Numbered from the stretch's first letter, positions 9,424 to 21,500 are shown. The stretch is DNA of 64,000 nt from an uncultured Rivularia sp. (GCA_963665115.1 OY762007.1:6976001-7040000); one strand, 5' to 3'. Program-made: numbers and translations. The notes: a model not told the origin generated them from the sequence alone.

Positions 9424-10468
9424 ATGAGAATTGCTCAAATTTCTCCTTTATGGGAGCGCGTTCCTCCCTTTCGCTACGGCGGAATAGAACTAATTGTCAA
9501 ACTTCTCACGGATGAATTAGTTCGACGAGGGCATCAAGTAACTTTGTTTGCTTCAGGTGACTCGATTACAAATGCAAAGTTGCACTCAGTTCACGATAAA
9601 GCTTTACGGCTCGACTCTTCTATTCAAGAGCCAGATATCTACCATCAAATGATTCTCGCTGATGTTTATCAAGAAGCATACGCCAATTTTGATATCATTC
9701 ATTCCCACATTGGTTATACGGCTCTTCCCTACAGCGGTTTCGTCAAAACACCCACCGTGCATACGCTTCACGGAGCATTTACATCCGATACCACCAAGAT
9801 ACATCGCCGTTTTAGCGAGCAGCCTTTAATTAGTATTTCCTCTTCGCAGCGAGAACCTTGCTTGGACTTAAATTACGTCCACACGGTTTATAACGGAATT
9901 GATACGGTTGTTTATCCCTTCTATTCTCAACCAGTAGAACCTGCTTATTTAGCTTTTATAGGTAGAATTTCGCCGCAAAAAGGAGCGGTAGAAGCGATTC
10001 AAATTGCTCGTGCTACTGGTTTAACCTTAAAAATGGCTGGCAAAGTTGATGTAGTAGACGCTGATTACTATCGAGAGAAAGTAGAAACCATTAATTGATG
10101 GCGAACAGATTCAGTACCTTGGGGAAATTTCCCATGAGGATAAAGTAAGACTCTTAGGTGAAGCAACGGTAACATTGTTCCCTATTACTTGGCGAGAGCC
10201 TTTTGGTTTAGTGATGATTGAGTCTATGGCTGCCGGTACGCCTGTAATCGCCATGAATTTGGGTTCCGTACCAGAAGTTATTGTTGATGGAAAAACAGGT
10301 TTTGTTTGCGACTCTGTAGACAAAATGATTGAGATGGTTCCAAAAGCTACAAAATTAGACCGTCAGACTTGCAGGGAATATGTTGTCAGTCGGTTTAGTG
10401 TGGAATCGATGACTGACGGATATGAGAAAGCTTACTCAATGATTTTGAATTCCACCCAATCTAGATAA
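9424..10468 (+). CDS. GT4 family glycosyltransferase, split by a +1 frameshift at about 10085-10087
   Basis: MRIAQISPLWERVPPFRYGGIE...; removing one A restores VEPLIDGEQIQYLGE and joins to WREPFGLVMIESMAAGTPV. Confidence 0.88.
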
Positions 10469-10550
10469 ACTTTGGGCTTTAAAGCTGAATTGTTTTCTCG
10501 TACAACTCTGAGATTATTAACTTTGCAGTAGAAGTATAAAATTTTATTCA

Positions 10551-10576
10551 AAAAGTCTGCCTATAGGTAGACTTTT
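10551..10576 (+). terminator. Rho-independent terminator-like hairpin
   Basis: AAAAGTCTGCC-TATA-GGTAGACTTTT downstream of the GT4 gene. Confidence 0.55.
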
Positions 10577-11316
10577 TCATTGTAATAAAGCAGATTGAAG
10601 CAAGTTGAAAATATCGAAGTCTAAAAAAGTTCTTAATAGGGCTGGAAATTTTTAAGTATATTCTAGTAATTTTTAATAGCATTATTTTATATTACTTATG
10701 GTTGAAGTATTAAATAATCGGTGGAGCTTAGGCAATATCGAAATACATACTTTTCAACAAATACTAAAATACTTTAAAAATCATTTTTTTATGATTTGGA
10801 ATAATCGTTAGCTTTTTATGGTATATATAAAAAAATGCATTGTTTTTCTCTGCTCAAGATAAAAAACAATGCTTATGGGTATGGTTATATTTGCTTTACG
10901 TATATATAAAAAAATATAGATAAGAATTATATAATGTGTTTAAATAATTTACGGTAATAGTTAATAGATAAAATATACAGAGGCTGCTTGCTCTAATAGT
11001 GCTAGCAATAGTTGGGCGTAGTTATCGTATCTCCATCTTTTAGACAAACAGCGCTTTCAAAATAAACAAGTACAAATCAACTGAATTGATAGTTGATTTT
11101 ATTTAATAAGCATATTGCTGTAATGAATACTTTTTTTAATATACAGATTCATAAATATTTTAGATATTGGCTCTGCCATGCGTTCCCTTGCTTATCTGTA
11201 CGTAACTAATGTTTAACTCAATGGCTCAAATGAGTTTTAATTAGCGTCTGTTTTTCAGATTGACGTATTTCTAAAAACAAAGCATACACCTACACCTGTA
11301 CACGGAATTTTTGCTA

Positions 11317-13596
11317 ATGACACCGGATACCCTGATGACACCGGACAAAATCACACAAGACGGAAAAACTTTTGTACCCGCCGACCAAATCCCCATCCCA
11401 GAGTGGCCTTGCGTTCTCAGCGAAAGACCCCAGGCATCATTAACAATTAAAGACGATGACCTATTTTTAGTCACGGATACTTTGGGTAATATTGCTGGTT
11501 GTTCGCTGAACGATATTAATCCTAGCATGGGGCTGTTTTGCTGCGATACGCGCTTTTTAAGTCGATTAGATTTCCAAATTGAAGGGCGATCGCCAATTTT
11601 GTTGAGCAGTACTGCGGATAAAGGGTTCTCGCTTTCGGTGTTGTGTACGAATCCCAGGATTGAAGATCGCCTGCAAGCAGATACTGTAGGGATTCGCAGG
11701 GAGCTAGTGCTAAACGGTGCTTTATTTGAAGAGATAGAAGTTTCTAACTACAGTACGACTACTGTCACCTTTGAATTAAGTATCAGCTTTGATGCAGATT
11801 ATGTCGATCTATTTGAAGTCCGAGGTTTTGGCAGAGAGAGCCGTGGAAGGCTGCTGCGTTTGGTAGAACCGCATTCGGAAGAAGCTAACCAAGATGTAGT
11901 ATCGGAACAAGATGAAAATTCTAGGGCGAATGAAGTTGCTTTAACCCTTGCTTATCAAGGTTTGGATAACTGGATCATGGAATCGCGCATCCATTTCCAG
12001 CATCGGCAACCAGATTATTTTAAAGGTTATACCGCTGTTTGGCAGTTGGAATTAGCTACCCACGAAACCCAAAAGCTGGGTTATCGGATTAATATGTTTA
12101 CGAATAATAAGCCCACCTCCACCGTTAGCGCCCCCGTCACTTTGGTTCAGGCTAGATCCGCCGAGATGATGGAGGAACAAAATTGGGTACAAAAGATTAC
12201 TCAAATTCGTTCGGATAAAGGTACTTTTAATCGAGTTATCGAGCGCGGCGAACAAGATATGTACTTGTTGCGTCAGTCTTTTGGAAAGTCAATGACTGTT
12301 TCGGCTGGAGTACCGTGGTTTTCAACTTTGTTTGGTAGGGATTCATTGATTACCGCTTACCAAACGTTGATGTTAAATCCGGAAATAGCTAAAGAGACTT
12401 TAGGTTTACTAGCTCGTTATCAAGGTAAAGTTGATGACGATTGGCGTGAAGAAGAACCAGGTAAAATTCTTCACGAGTTGCGCTTTGGAGAGTTGGCTCG
12501 TACTCAAGAAATACCTCATACACCTTACTATGGTACGGTTGACGCGACTCCTTTATGGTTAATGCTTTATGCTGAGTACTTCGCTTGGACTCACGATGGA
12601 GAAACCTTAGAGAAACTTTGGCCAAATGCTTTGGCAGCAATGGATTGGATCGACCGTAATCTAAAAGAAACGGGCTACCTCAGCTACATTCGTAAATCTA
12701 AACGTGGTTTGCTTAACCAAGGTTGGAAGGATTCTGGTGACTGTATTGTAGACCGTAAAGGTGAATTGGCGACAGGTCCAATTACTCTTTGTGAAGTCCA
12801 AGGTTATGTTTATTCGGCGAAAATGCGTCTTGCAGAAATTGCTCGGATGAAAAAGCGACTCGATCTAGCAGATCGTTGGCAAGAAGATGCTAAAAATTTG
12901 AAAGCTCGTTTTAATAGAGATTTTTGGATTGATGACCAAGATTTCTGTGCTTTGTCTTTAGATGGTGATGGTCGGCAAGTAGACAGTATAAGCTCTAATC
13001 CCGGTCACTGCTTGCAGTTGGGAATTTTTACACCTGAAAATGCTTATAGCGTTGCCGAAAGATTGCGGGCACCCGATATGTTTAATGGTTGGGGTATTCG
13101 TACTTTGAGCAGTTTGTCTCCAGCTTACAATCCAATGGGTTATCACGTAGGTTCGGTATGGCCTCATGATAATGCTATTATCGCGATGGGATTGCGATCG
13201 CTTGGATTAGTCGATCAAGCTTTGGAAATTTTCCAAGGTTTATTTGACATGACTTCCATGCAGCCTTATCAACGTCCACCAGAATTATTTTGCGGCTACG
13301 AACGTCACGGTGATGAAGCTCCTGTGAGATATCCCGTAGCTTGTACTCCCCAAGCTTGGGCAACTGGTTCTATTTTCCAGTTGTTGCAAATGATGGTTAA
13401 CTTAGTTCCCGATGCGCCAAACAACTGCTTGAGAATTATCGATCCGGCATTACCTGAGTCGATAAACAGTCTTTCTCTTCATAATTTACGAGTTGGCCCC
13501 ACAATTCTCGATCTAGAATTTGAGCGTTCTGGCAGTACCACAGCTTGTCGTGTTGCGAAGAAACGTGGAAACCTCCGGGTTGTTATCGAAGCATAA
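11317..13596 (+). CDS. Amylo-alpha-1,6-glucosidase / glycogen debranching enzyme family protein
   Basis: AGVPWFSTLFGRDS, EEPGKILHE, NQGWKDS, YHVGSVWPHDN, PQAWA motifs. Confidence 0.9.
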   Translation: MTPDTLMTPDKITQDGKTFVPADQIPIPEWPCVLSERPQASLTIKDDDLFLVTDTLGNIAGCSLNDINPSMGLFCCDTRFLSRLDFQIEGRSPILLSSTADKGFSLSVLCTNPRIEDRLQADTVGIRRELVLNGALFEEIEVSNYSTTTVTFELSISFDADYVDLFEVRGFGRESRGRLLRLVEPHSEEANQDVVSEQDENSRANEVALTLAYQGLDNWIMESRIHFQHRQPDYFKGYTAVWQLELATHETQKLGYRINMFTNNKPTSTVSAPVTLVQARSAEMMEEQNWVQKITQIRSDKGTFNRVIERGEQDMYLLRQSFGKSMTVSAGVPWFSTLFGRDSLITAYQTLMLNPEIAKETLGLLARYQGKVDDDWREEEPGKILHELRFGELARTQEIPHTPYYGTVDATPLWLMLYAEYFAWTHDGETLEKLWPNALAAMDWIDRNLKETGYLSYIRKSKRGLLNQGWKDSGDCIVDRKGELATGPITLCEVQGYVYSAKMRLAEIARMKKRLDLADRWQEDAKNLKARFNRDFWIDDQDFCALSLDGDGRQVDSISSNPGHCLQLGIFTPENAYSVAERLRAPDMFNGWGIRTLSSLSPAYNPMGYHVGSVWPHDNAIIAMGLRSLGLVDQALEIFQGLFDMTSMQPYQRPPELFCGYERHGDEAPVRYPVACTPQAWATGSIFQLLQMMVNLVPDAPNNCLRIIDPALPESINSLSLHNLRVGPTILDLEFERSGSTTACRVAKKRGNLRVVIEA

Positions 13597-13648
13597 ATCA
13601 AAACAAGATTTTGCTGAATCTAGACAACATAAATTGTAGATATTTAAA

Positions 13649-13680
13649 TGTAGAGACGTGCACAGTTTCGCGTCTCTACA
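13649..13680. repeat. REP-like palindrome TGTAGAGACG...CGTCTCTACA
   Basis: 10-bp perfect arms; related copies at 20192, 53793 and 60039. Confidence 0.8.
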
Positions 13681-13773
13681 AAATTTTTCATAAGTAGTAA
13701 ACCAATCATTAACCACATAATTAGTAATACGTTTGGGCGAAAGCAATTCGTAATTAAAAACTGCATTTTAATT

Positions 13774-13862
13774 AATTACCAATTACCAATTACCAATTAC
13801 CAATTACCAATTACCAATTACCAATTACCAATTACCAATTACCAATTACCAATTACCAATTA
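13774..13862. repeat. Heptamer STRR tract (AATTACC)x12
   Basis: Twelve perfect copies at 13774-13857, abutting the stop of the next gene. Confidence 0.97.
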
Positions 13863-14207
13863 AGCTTCTTCAGAACTATCAGCTTTTCTTCCTGGAGATG
13901 ATTCATAAAGAGCATCAAGCTGTTGGCGAGCATCTTCAACATTAATTGAACGCATTACTAACAGTGGTTCTTTAACAATATTGCCAGAATTATCTAGAAG
14001 TTCTGGATGGGGTACAAACTGTCTTCTTGTAGATAGCGAATAATTACCTTGATTTCCTCTAACGCTTCCTCGATCCATCCTTCCGAATCGCGCCGGATAA
14101 TTTGCTTGTCTATCAAAACTAAACATTATTAAATTGCGAATCAAATTAGCAACGGCTATAAAAGCGAGAGTAGTAAAAGCGAGAATGTAAAGCAGTTGTA
14201 ACAGCAT
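13860..14207 (-). CDS. DUF2973-like conserved cyanobacterial protein
   Basis: N-terminal TM helix LLYILAFTTLAFIAVANLIRNL, PHPELLD, VEDARQQLDALY. Confidence 0.75.
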   Translation of the reverse strand: MLLQLLYILAFTTLAFIAVANLIRNLIMFSFDRQANYPARFGRMDRGSVRGNQGNYSLSTRRQFVPHPELLDNSGNIVKEPLLVMRSINVEDARQQLDALYESSPGRKADSSEEA

Positions 14208-14434
14208 CTTGGTTTTCCTTTAGGGGCAGCAAGTTTTTAAACGTTCATTTCAATTGGGCTTATCGTCACCGTTCGCTCCTAGCTGCAATGTCAAAATTGC
14301 TTCCACGGCTTGAGTACACCCATAATTAATTCAACTAAAGCAGACTATACAAAAATAAATTTTTTGTAGCATTAAGTACATTTTGTCCTAAACATCATTA
14401 AATTTAAAGAAGTTTAGAAAAAATATTTATGATT

Positions 14435-14770
14435 TTATGATTCGTGTTGTTCTCGTGAATCCCGTCCAGAGCGGAATCGCATCGCAACATTCCAGCACTC
14501 TGTAACTAACTTATGCCAAGGCATAAGCGTTGACATCTCAATTCCTACCTTACCTTCTGCGACTCTAAACAACATTTTGGCTGCTTTCACTTCATCAGCT
14601 GCAACCTTTACTCGCGTCAACAGGTCAGATTGATCCTGCTCGTCTAAAAATGGTAAATGCTCTGTTTCTAGCAGGGTTTGCGAACGAGAGAACCAGTATT
14701 CAAAGTCTTCCAACAATGGCTGCAAGACTGTCTTCAACAATTCTGGCTCCGGTAAATTAGAGTCTCGCAT
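14435..14770 (-). CDS. DUF2605-like conserved cyanobacterial protein
   Basis: LLKTVLQPLLEDFEYWFSRS...LMPWHKLVTECW. Confidence 0.75.
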   Translation of the reverse strand: MRDSNLPEPELLKTVLQPLLEDFEYWFSRSQTLLETEHLPFLDEQDQSDLLTRVKVAADEVKAAKMLFRVAEGKVGIEMSTLMPWHKLVTECWNVAMRFRSGRDSREQHES

Positions 14771-14872
14771 AAATGAGAAGAAAAATTCAATTTTTATTAC
14801 TAATATTAACCTTCTTTAATATTCTTAACATTTCGAGCAGTATATTTTCAAAGTCAGAACCTTAAAATAATC

Positions 14873-14888
14873 TGTAAGTTTTATTACA
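14873..14888. promoter_or_regulatory. Candidate NtcA box TGTA-N8-TACA
   Basis: tgta agttttat taca between the divergent DUF2605 and thrS genes; no -10 found at the canonical activating spacing. Confidence 0.3.
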
Positions 14889-15085
14889 CTTTGCTTATTA
14901 TATATATTCACTTTGCAATTTGTACATATCCGAAAGACGTAATATTTGACCTTCGAGGGGATATAGGTTGTTTTGTCAAAAAATATGTAAATACTGTTAA
15001 CAACATTCCACGGGGGTGATGCAGCCTACCACTAGGTCGTTAATATAGATGCAGTTCCACAATATATAGAGTAATTACTTCGTCA

Positions 15086-16933
15086 ATGGTTAAACAGCCA
15101 ATATCGCCTTCCGACTCTCATAATCCTTCGGTTGAACCGGAAAAAATTAATCTACCGCGTACCAGCGAATCTGAAGATTTACAAAAAATTCGCCATACGA
15201 CTTCTCATATCATGGCAATGGCGGTACAAAAGTTGTTTCCCGAGGCGCAAGTAACAATTGGCCCTTGGATTGAAAACGGTTTCTACTACGATTTTGAAAA
15301 TTCAGAACCTTTTACCGAGAAGGATTTGAAAGCCATCTACAAGCAGATGGTGAAAATAATTAATCGCAAATTACCAGTTATCAGAGAAGAAGTTAGTCGT
15401 GAGGAAGCCGAACGCCGAATCAAAGAAATTAACGAACCTTATAAGTTAGAAATCTTAGAAGATATTAAAGAAGAACCAATTACGATCTACCATTTGGGGG
15501 ATGAATGGTGGGATTTATGCGCCGGGCCTCATTTAGAAAATACCAAGGAATTAACGCCTAAAGCGATTGAATTAGAAAGTGTTGCTGGTGCTTATTGGCG
15601 TGGAGATGAAAATAAAGCACAGCTACAGCGTATTTATGGTACTGCTTGGGAAAATCCAGAGCAGTTAGCAGAATACAAGCGGCGTAAAGAAGAAGCAATG
15701 CGCCGCGACCATCGTAAATTAGGTAAAGAGTTAGGATTATTTATATTTTCCGATTTAGTCGGGCCTGGTTTACCTTTGTGGACTCCCAAAGGTACTTTAT
15801 TAAGAACTTTACTGGAAGATTTTCTGAAGCAAGAACAGTTAAAGCGAGGTTATTTGCCCGTAGTAACTCCTCATATTGCCAAAGTTGATTTATTCAAGAC
15901 TTCGGGGCACTGGCAGAAATACAAAGAAGATATGTTCCCCTTGATGGCAGAAGATGAGGAAGCTGCCAAATTAGAAAACGGTTTTGTAATGAAGCCGATG
16001 AATTGTCCGTTTCACATTCAAATATATGACAACGAACTGCGTTCATATCGAGAATTACCAATACGTTTAGCTGAATTCGGTACAGTTTACCGCTACGAAC
16101 AATCTGGGGAATTGGGAGGTTTAACAAGAGTAAGAGGTTTTACCGTAGATGATTCTCACCTATTTGTAACTCCCGAACAGCTAGATGAAGAATTTCTCAA
16201 CGTTGTAGATTTAATACTGTCAGTATTTAATAAACTGCAACTAAAGAATTTTAAAGCCAGATTAAGTTTCCGCGATCCAGAAAATAAAGAAAAATATATC
16301 GGCTCCGATGAAGCGTGGGAAAAAGCTCAAGGTGCTATTCGTAGGGCTGTTGAAAAGTTAGGAATGGAACACTTTGAAGGAATAGGAGAAGCTGCTTTTT
16401 ACGGTCCCAAATTAGATTTTATTTTCCAAGATGCGCTGCAAAGAGAATGGCAATTAGGAACGGTACAAGTTGACTATAATTTACCCGAACGCTTCAAATT
16501 AGAATACGTTGCTGAAGACGGTTCTCGTCAACGTCCAATAATGATTCATCGTGCGCCCTTTGGTTCTTTAGAGCGATTAATTGGTATTTTAATTGAAGAA
16601 TATGCGGGTGATTTTCCATTGTGGTTAGCACCAGTACAAGCAAGGTTATTGCCAGTTACAGAAGTCCAATTAGATTTCGCAAAAGAAGTCGCCGCGAAAA
16701 TGATTTCGTTAGGTATTCGTGCGGAAGTTGATACTAGTGGCGACAGACTTGGTAAACTAATACGTAATGCCGAAAAGCAGAAAATTCCCGTGATGGCTGT
16801 AGTCGGACAAAAAGAAGTAGAATCCAATACTTTAAGTATTCGTACCCGTGCTTCTGGAGATTTAGGAACCATGTCCGTATCCGAAGTACTGGACAATATG
16901 AAGAATGCTATTACCAATTACAGCAACTTTTAG
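15086..16933 (+). CDS. thrS: Threonine--tRNA ligase
   Basis: IRHTTSHIMA, DLCAGPH, RDHRKLG, KPMNCP, YRYEQSG, AAFYGPKLD, HRAPFGSLER. Confidence 0.98.
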   Translation: MVKQPISPSDSHNPSVEPEKINLPRTSESEDLQKIRHTTSHIMAMAVQKLFPEAQVTIGPWIENGFYYDFENSEPFTEKDLKAIYKQMVKIINRKLPVIREEVSREEAERRIKEINEPYKLEILEDIKEEPITIYHLGDEWWDLCAGPHLENTKELTPKAIELESVAGAYWRGDENKAQLQRIYGTAWENPEQLAEYKRRKEEAMRRDHRKLGKELGLFIFSDLVGPGLPLWTPKGTLLRTLLEDFLKQEQLKRGYLPVVTPHIAKVDLFKTSGHWQKYKEDMFPLMAEDEEAAKLENGFVMKPMNCPFHIQIYDNELRSYRELPIRLAEFGTVYRYEQSGELGGLTRVRGFTVDDSHLFVTPEQLDEEFLNVVDLILSVFNKLQLKNFKARLSFRDPENKEKYIGSDEAWEKAQGAIRRAVEKLGMEHFEGIGEAAFYGPKLDFIFQDALQREWQLGTVQVDYNLPERFKLEYVAEDGSRQRPIMIHRAPFGSLERLIGILIEEYAGDFPLWLAPVQARLLPVTEVQLDFAKEVAAKMISLGIRAEVDTSGDRLGKLIRNAEKQKIPVMAVVGQKEVESNTLSIRTRASGDLGTMSVSEVLDNMKNAITNYSNF

Positions 16934-17003
16934 GAGACAATAGAAGTGGGCATTAGCCCACTCGCTATTACCGAATTTATATAAATACCCAAAAAATAAC
17001 ATT

Positions 17004-17192
17004 ATGAGTACTCCAAAGGAAAGCATCCAATCTATTTTGAAGCAGTTACCGGATAATTGTTCTGTTGAAGATATTCAATATCATTTGTATGTGAGCGAAA
17101 AAGTGCGACGTAGCATAGAAGTAGCCGATACTAGAGGAACAAGGACACACAATGAGGCCAAAGAACGTTTAAGCAAATGGCTTATCAAGTAG
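17004..17192 (+). CDS. Putative type II antitoxin
   Basis: 62 aa, LPDNCSVEDIQYHLYV...THNEAKERLSKW; overlaps the downstream RelE/ParE gene. Confidence 0.75.
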   Translation: MSTPKESIQSILKQLPDNCSVEDIQYHLYVSEKVRRSIEVADTRGTRTHNEAKERLSKWLIK

Positions 17193-17476
17193 TATGGTCA
17201 CCTAAAGCTTTAGATGATGTAGAAGCGATCGCCATATATATCTCTCGTGATTCTGCTTCCTATGCTGCTGCGGTAGTCAAGAAAATACTTGATCTAACCC
17301 GCAGTTTGAATCACTGTCCTACTGCTGGTGAAGTTGTGCCAGAATTCGATGACGATAATGTCAGACAACAGTTTGCCTATATGTATCGAATTATCTATCG
17401 TATCAAAGGTCAGACGGTTACTGTTGCCACAGTAACTTACAAAAAGAAGCTACTGGAGGAATTTGGCAAAGACTAA
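17177..17476 (+). CDS. RelE/ParE family toxin
   Basis: MAYQVVWSPKALDDVEAIAIYISRDS...GEVVPEFDDDNVRQ...YRIIYRI. Confidence 0.88.
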   Translation: MAYQVVWSPKALDDVEAIAIYISRDSASYAAAVVKKILDLTRSLNHCPTAGEVVPEFDDDNVRQQFAYMYRIIYRIKGQTVTVATVTYKKKLLEEFGKD

Positions 17477-17510
17477 TACATCCATCTAAACAACAACTTT
17501 TAGTTAAGTA

Positions 17511-17542
17511 AAAACTCGGCTTATTTCTACAGCCGGGTTTTT
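17511..17542 (+). terminator. Terminator hairpin after the TA pair
   Basis: AAAACTCGGCT...AGCCGGGTTTTTT. Confidence 0.65.
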
Positions 17543-18156
17543 TCTATGAAAGAGTTAGTGGTTAGTATTTTGTAGGGGCGGCAAATAAATTAATAATTGT
17601 ATGGTGCGTCATATTGAATCCGTTAGTATCGCAATTATATATTTTTGAATGCAAAGTGACGCAGAGGGAAGCCTAAAGGGACGCAGAGTTTTTATTTATA
17701 TGTCGAATAATTGCAATACAAACGCGAAAATTATCATATCTTGCACCTGAGAACAAATAAATTTTGAAAACAATTGTTAATTATTCGATTGTGTTCATTC
17801 ATACCCGCCAAGGGTTGTAAACAAGAAGGCTAATAGCAGAAGTCCATTGAAATGGACTAAATGTATAACCAATCAAATTTGTAATATTTTTTAATATCTA
17901 TTATTTATTCAGTATTTATGCTTAAGGTGAAAGATGTCACCTGCGTGATGCTTTAATAATCATTCTACGTGAATTAAATCTTTTTTAAATAATATTCCTT
18001 TATCTCCTCTATACCTCTATCCTCTGCGCTCTCAACGTCTCTGCGGTTTTATAATCAGTAATTCTTCAGCAAAGAGAATAATTGCATAATTCGGAAAACC
18101 CTAGAAAGATATAAATATAGCCGTAAAAAAAATCACTTCAATAAAAATCGTAAATC

Positions 18157-21097
18157 ATGGGCAAAAAACATCACGATGTTCGAGATTTAATGCATCGCGC
18201 CTTTGCTGTATTTTTAACCGTATTTTTGATTTCCGATGTGGGGAGAGTATATGCTTCTAGGAATTTACAAATAATTGCTCAACAGGGAGAAACGCAAGCG
18301 GATGCAACCGAGGCTGAAGCAATAAAGTTAATGCAAGAAGGATTGCAATTACAGAAGCAGCGAAGTAAGGAATCACTGCTAATAGCTAGGAATAAATTTG
18401 AAGCAGCACTGGTTTTGTGGAAGAAACTGGGGGATAAGAAATTGCAAGCTGTTACTCTCAATAATATTGGTGGAGTCTACGATTCTTTAGGAGAAAACCA
18501 GAAGGCAATACAATACTTCAACCAAGCTTTACCTTTATCTCGTGCGGTGGGAGATAAGCGTTACGAAGCAGCTATCCTCAATAATATTGGTGGAATCTAC
18601 TCGGATTTAGGAGAAAAGCAGAAGGCACTACAATACTTCAACCAAGCTTTACCTTTATCTCGTGCGGTGATAGATAGAGAACGAGAAGCCTATATTCTTA
18701 ATAATATTGGTGCAGTCTACTGGGGTTTAGGAGAAAATCAAAAAGCACTGCAATACTACAACCAAGCTTTACCTATATTACGTGCAGTGGAAAATAGGAG
18801 TATGGAAGCTACTACACTCGATAATATTGGCAGTGTCTACAACTCTTTAGGAGAAAATCAAAAAGCACTACAATACTATAAACAAGCTTTACCCTTATCT
18901 CGTGCGGTGGAAGACAAGGGTGGAGAAGCCACTACACTCAATAATATTGGTCTTGTCTACTCGGATTTGGGAGAAAATCAAAAAGCTCTGCAATACTACA
19001 ACCAAGCTTTACCTTTATTGCGTGCAGTAGGAGACGGGGGTGTAGAAGCCACTACACTTAATAACATTGGTAGAGTCTACTCGGATTTAGGAGAAAATCA
19101 AAAAGCTCTGCAAAAATACAAACAAGCTTTGCCTTTATATCGTGCAGTGGAAGACAAGGATGGAAAAGCCACTATCTTTAATAATATTGGTAAAGTCTAC
19201 TGGGGTTTAGAAGAAAACCAGAAGGCATTGCAATACTATAACCAAGCTTTACCTTTATATCATGCGGTGAGAAACAGAGTTGGAGAAGCCAATACTTTTA
19301 AAAATTTAGCTAAACTAAAACGCAAACAAGGTAATTTACAAGCATCCCTCAACCACATCCGCATGGCGATCGCCATTATCGAAGATTTACGCGGTACCTA
19401 CACCAACCAAGATTTAAAAATCACATATTTCTCTACAGTCCAAGATTACTACAAATTCTACATTGACCTATTGATGGAACAACATAAAAAAAACCCATCA
19501 AAAGGATACGATTCTATAGCGCTACACATTTCCGAACGTTTCCCGCGCTCGTGGTTTAATCGAACTCTTAGCTCAAGCTAACGCTAAACTCAGCAAAAAT
19601 GTTAATCCCAAATTCATTGCAGAAGAAAAAGAATTACAGCTAAAACGTCAAGCTCAAGAAAAAATTCTCGTTAAGTTAATTAATCAAAAGCAACCACCGA
19701 AAGACACAATTAAACAAACCGAAGCCGAAATTCAAAATATTATTAACCAACAAAAACAACTTAAAGCAAAAATCCGCGCTCAAAATCCAGAAAGGGATAA
19801 ATTAACTAATCCAGAACCGTTAAAATTACCTCAAATTCAACAGCAATTAGATAAAGACACTGTATTACTGCAATATTCCTTGGGTGAAGAGCGTAGTTAT
19901 TTATGGTTAGTTACTCCTACTTCTTTAAATAGCTACGAATTAGCTCCTGGTGAAGAAATTGAAAAAATCGCTAAAGAATTTTACAGTGCATTAGCAATAA
20001 ATAATTTACCGATTGATTCAGCCAAAAAACTTAGCGAAATTATTCTTAAACCCGTACAAGATAAGTTAGCTGGGAAAAGATTGGTTATCGTTGCTGATGG
20101 TGTTTTACAACAGATTCCGTTTGCAGCATTACATAATTCGGGAGAGGGGGTAGAGAGGGTAGAGGGGGTAGAGGGGGTAGAAAATAATGAATGTAGAGAC
20201 GTTACATGTAACGTCTCCAGAGGTGGGATTATTCCCGAACCGAAACCAGGGGTAAATATCAATAACACTAATTATCAACCGTTGATGCTTAATCACGAAA
20301 TTGTGAATTTACCTTCAGCATCAACTATTGCTATCCAACGAGAAAAAATCGCTAAACGTAAAATAGCGCCGAAAAAAATCGCCATTCTTGCAGATCCAGT
20401 ATATAGTTCCAACGACGAACGAATTACAGGTAAATCAACAAGTTACGACCTTAATATTGATATTGAATTAGAACGTTCTGCTCTCAAACGTTCCGCTAAA
20501 AGTCTTAACCGTAATGGTTGGAGTCAATTACCAAATACAAAAATAGAAGCACAAGAAATACTAAAACTTGTTTCTAATGAATCGAGCGTATCAGCATTTA
20601 GCTTTGACGCTAACTATAATTGGGCAACAAGCAAAAACCTCAATCAATTCCAAATTTTACACTTTGCAACTCACGGTTTTGTTAATCCCGAGCAACCGGA
20701 ATTATCGGGAATTGTTTTATCTTTAGTTAATAAGGATGGCGAACAAATACCAGGTTATTTGCGTTTAGCAGATTTATTTGAACAAGATTATCCAGCAGAA
20801 TTAGTTGTATTAAGTGCTTGCCAAACTGGACTTGGTAAAAATGTCAGCGGTGAAGGGATTGTTGGCTTGACAAAGGGATTGATGTATGCGGGTGCTTCAC
20901 GAGTTGCTTTGTCGTTGTGGAATGTTAGCGATGAAGGTACGTCGGTGTTGATGCAAGAATTTTATAAGCAGATGTTGCAGGAAAATAAAAATCCTACTCA
21001 AGCCTTGAGGGATGCACAGCGCAAGTTATGGGCTAATCCTGAATGGCGAAATCCTTATTATTGGGCTGCTTTTACTTTGCAAGGTGAGTGGAATTAA
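18157..21097 (+). CDS. TPR-repeat + CHAT (caspase-like) domain protein, split by a +1 frameshift at about 19539-19541
   Basis: N-terminal hydrophobic signal and about eight 40-aa TPR repeats. Removing one T restores SERSRARGLIELL. CHAT motifs HFATHG, LSACQTG and PYYWAAF. Confidence 0.9.
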
Positions 21098-21101
21098 GTT
21101 C

Positions 21102-21147
21102 GTTCGTAGTTGCGCTTTAGCGCCAAATATGTAGTGCAACTACGAAC
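21102..21147. repeat. REP-like inverted repeat GTTCGTAGTTGC...GCAACTACGAAC
   Basis: 12-bp perfect arms immediately after the CHAT stop. Confidence 0.7.
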
Positions 21148-21251
21148 AAATACTGTTCCCTAGTTGAACCTGGAAACTAGAACAAATATAAATCTTAAAA
21201 TCACTATTATGGTGTATTTAAGCGAAAAACAAAACAATCAGCAATAAAAAA

Positions 21252-21500
21252 ATGCCAGCCATTGTTAAACTACAACTCTCTATAGAAACTTTAGTAGAAG
21301 CTATTTCTTCCTTAAATTTAGAAGAGAAATGTCAACTTCAAGAAATAATTGAACAACAAATTTTTGAAGCTGAAGAAGCGGTTTACGAAGATAATTTAGA
21401 AACAAAGAAAGAAATTCAAGCTGTTCGCGCTGAGTATGCAACTGGTGAGTCGATCACTATGGATGAATATATTGCTAAACGCTCAAATCAAGCATCATGA
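21252..21500 (+). CDS. Small acidic hypothetical protein, antitoxin-like
   Basis: 82 aa; AVRAEYATGESITMDEY tail resembles type II antitoxins. Confidence 0.55.
   Translation: MPAIVKLQLSIETLVEAISSLNLEEKCQLQEIIEQQIFEAEEAVYEDNLETKKEIQAVRAEYATGESITMDEYIAKRSNQAS

Noticed and set aside
13774..13862. Heptamer tracts (also 37691-37868, about 5330-5380, 49311-49355, 50065-50108, 63057-63085) as CRISPR or novel repeats
   Set aside because: They have no spacers and are ordinary STRR-type repeats of filamentous cyanobacteria.
18430..19300. 120-bp periodic DNA repeats
   Set aside because: Explained by 40-aa TPR coding repeats.
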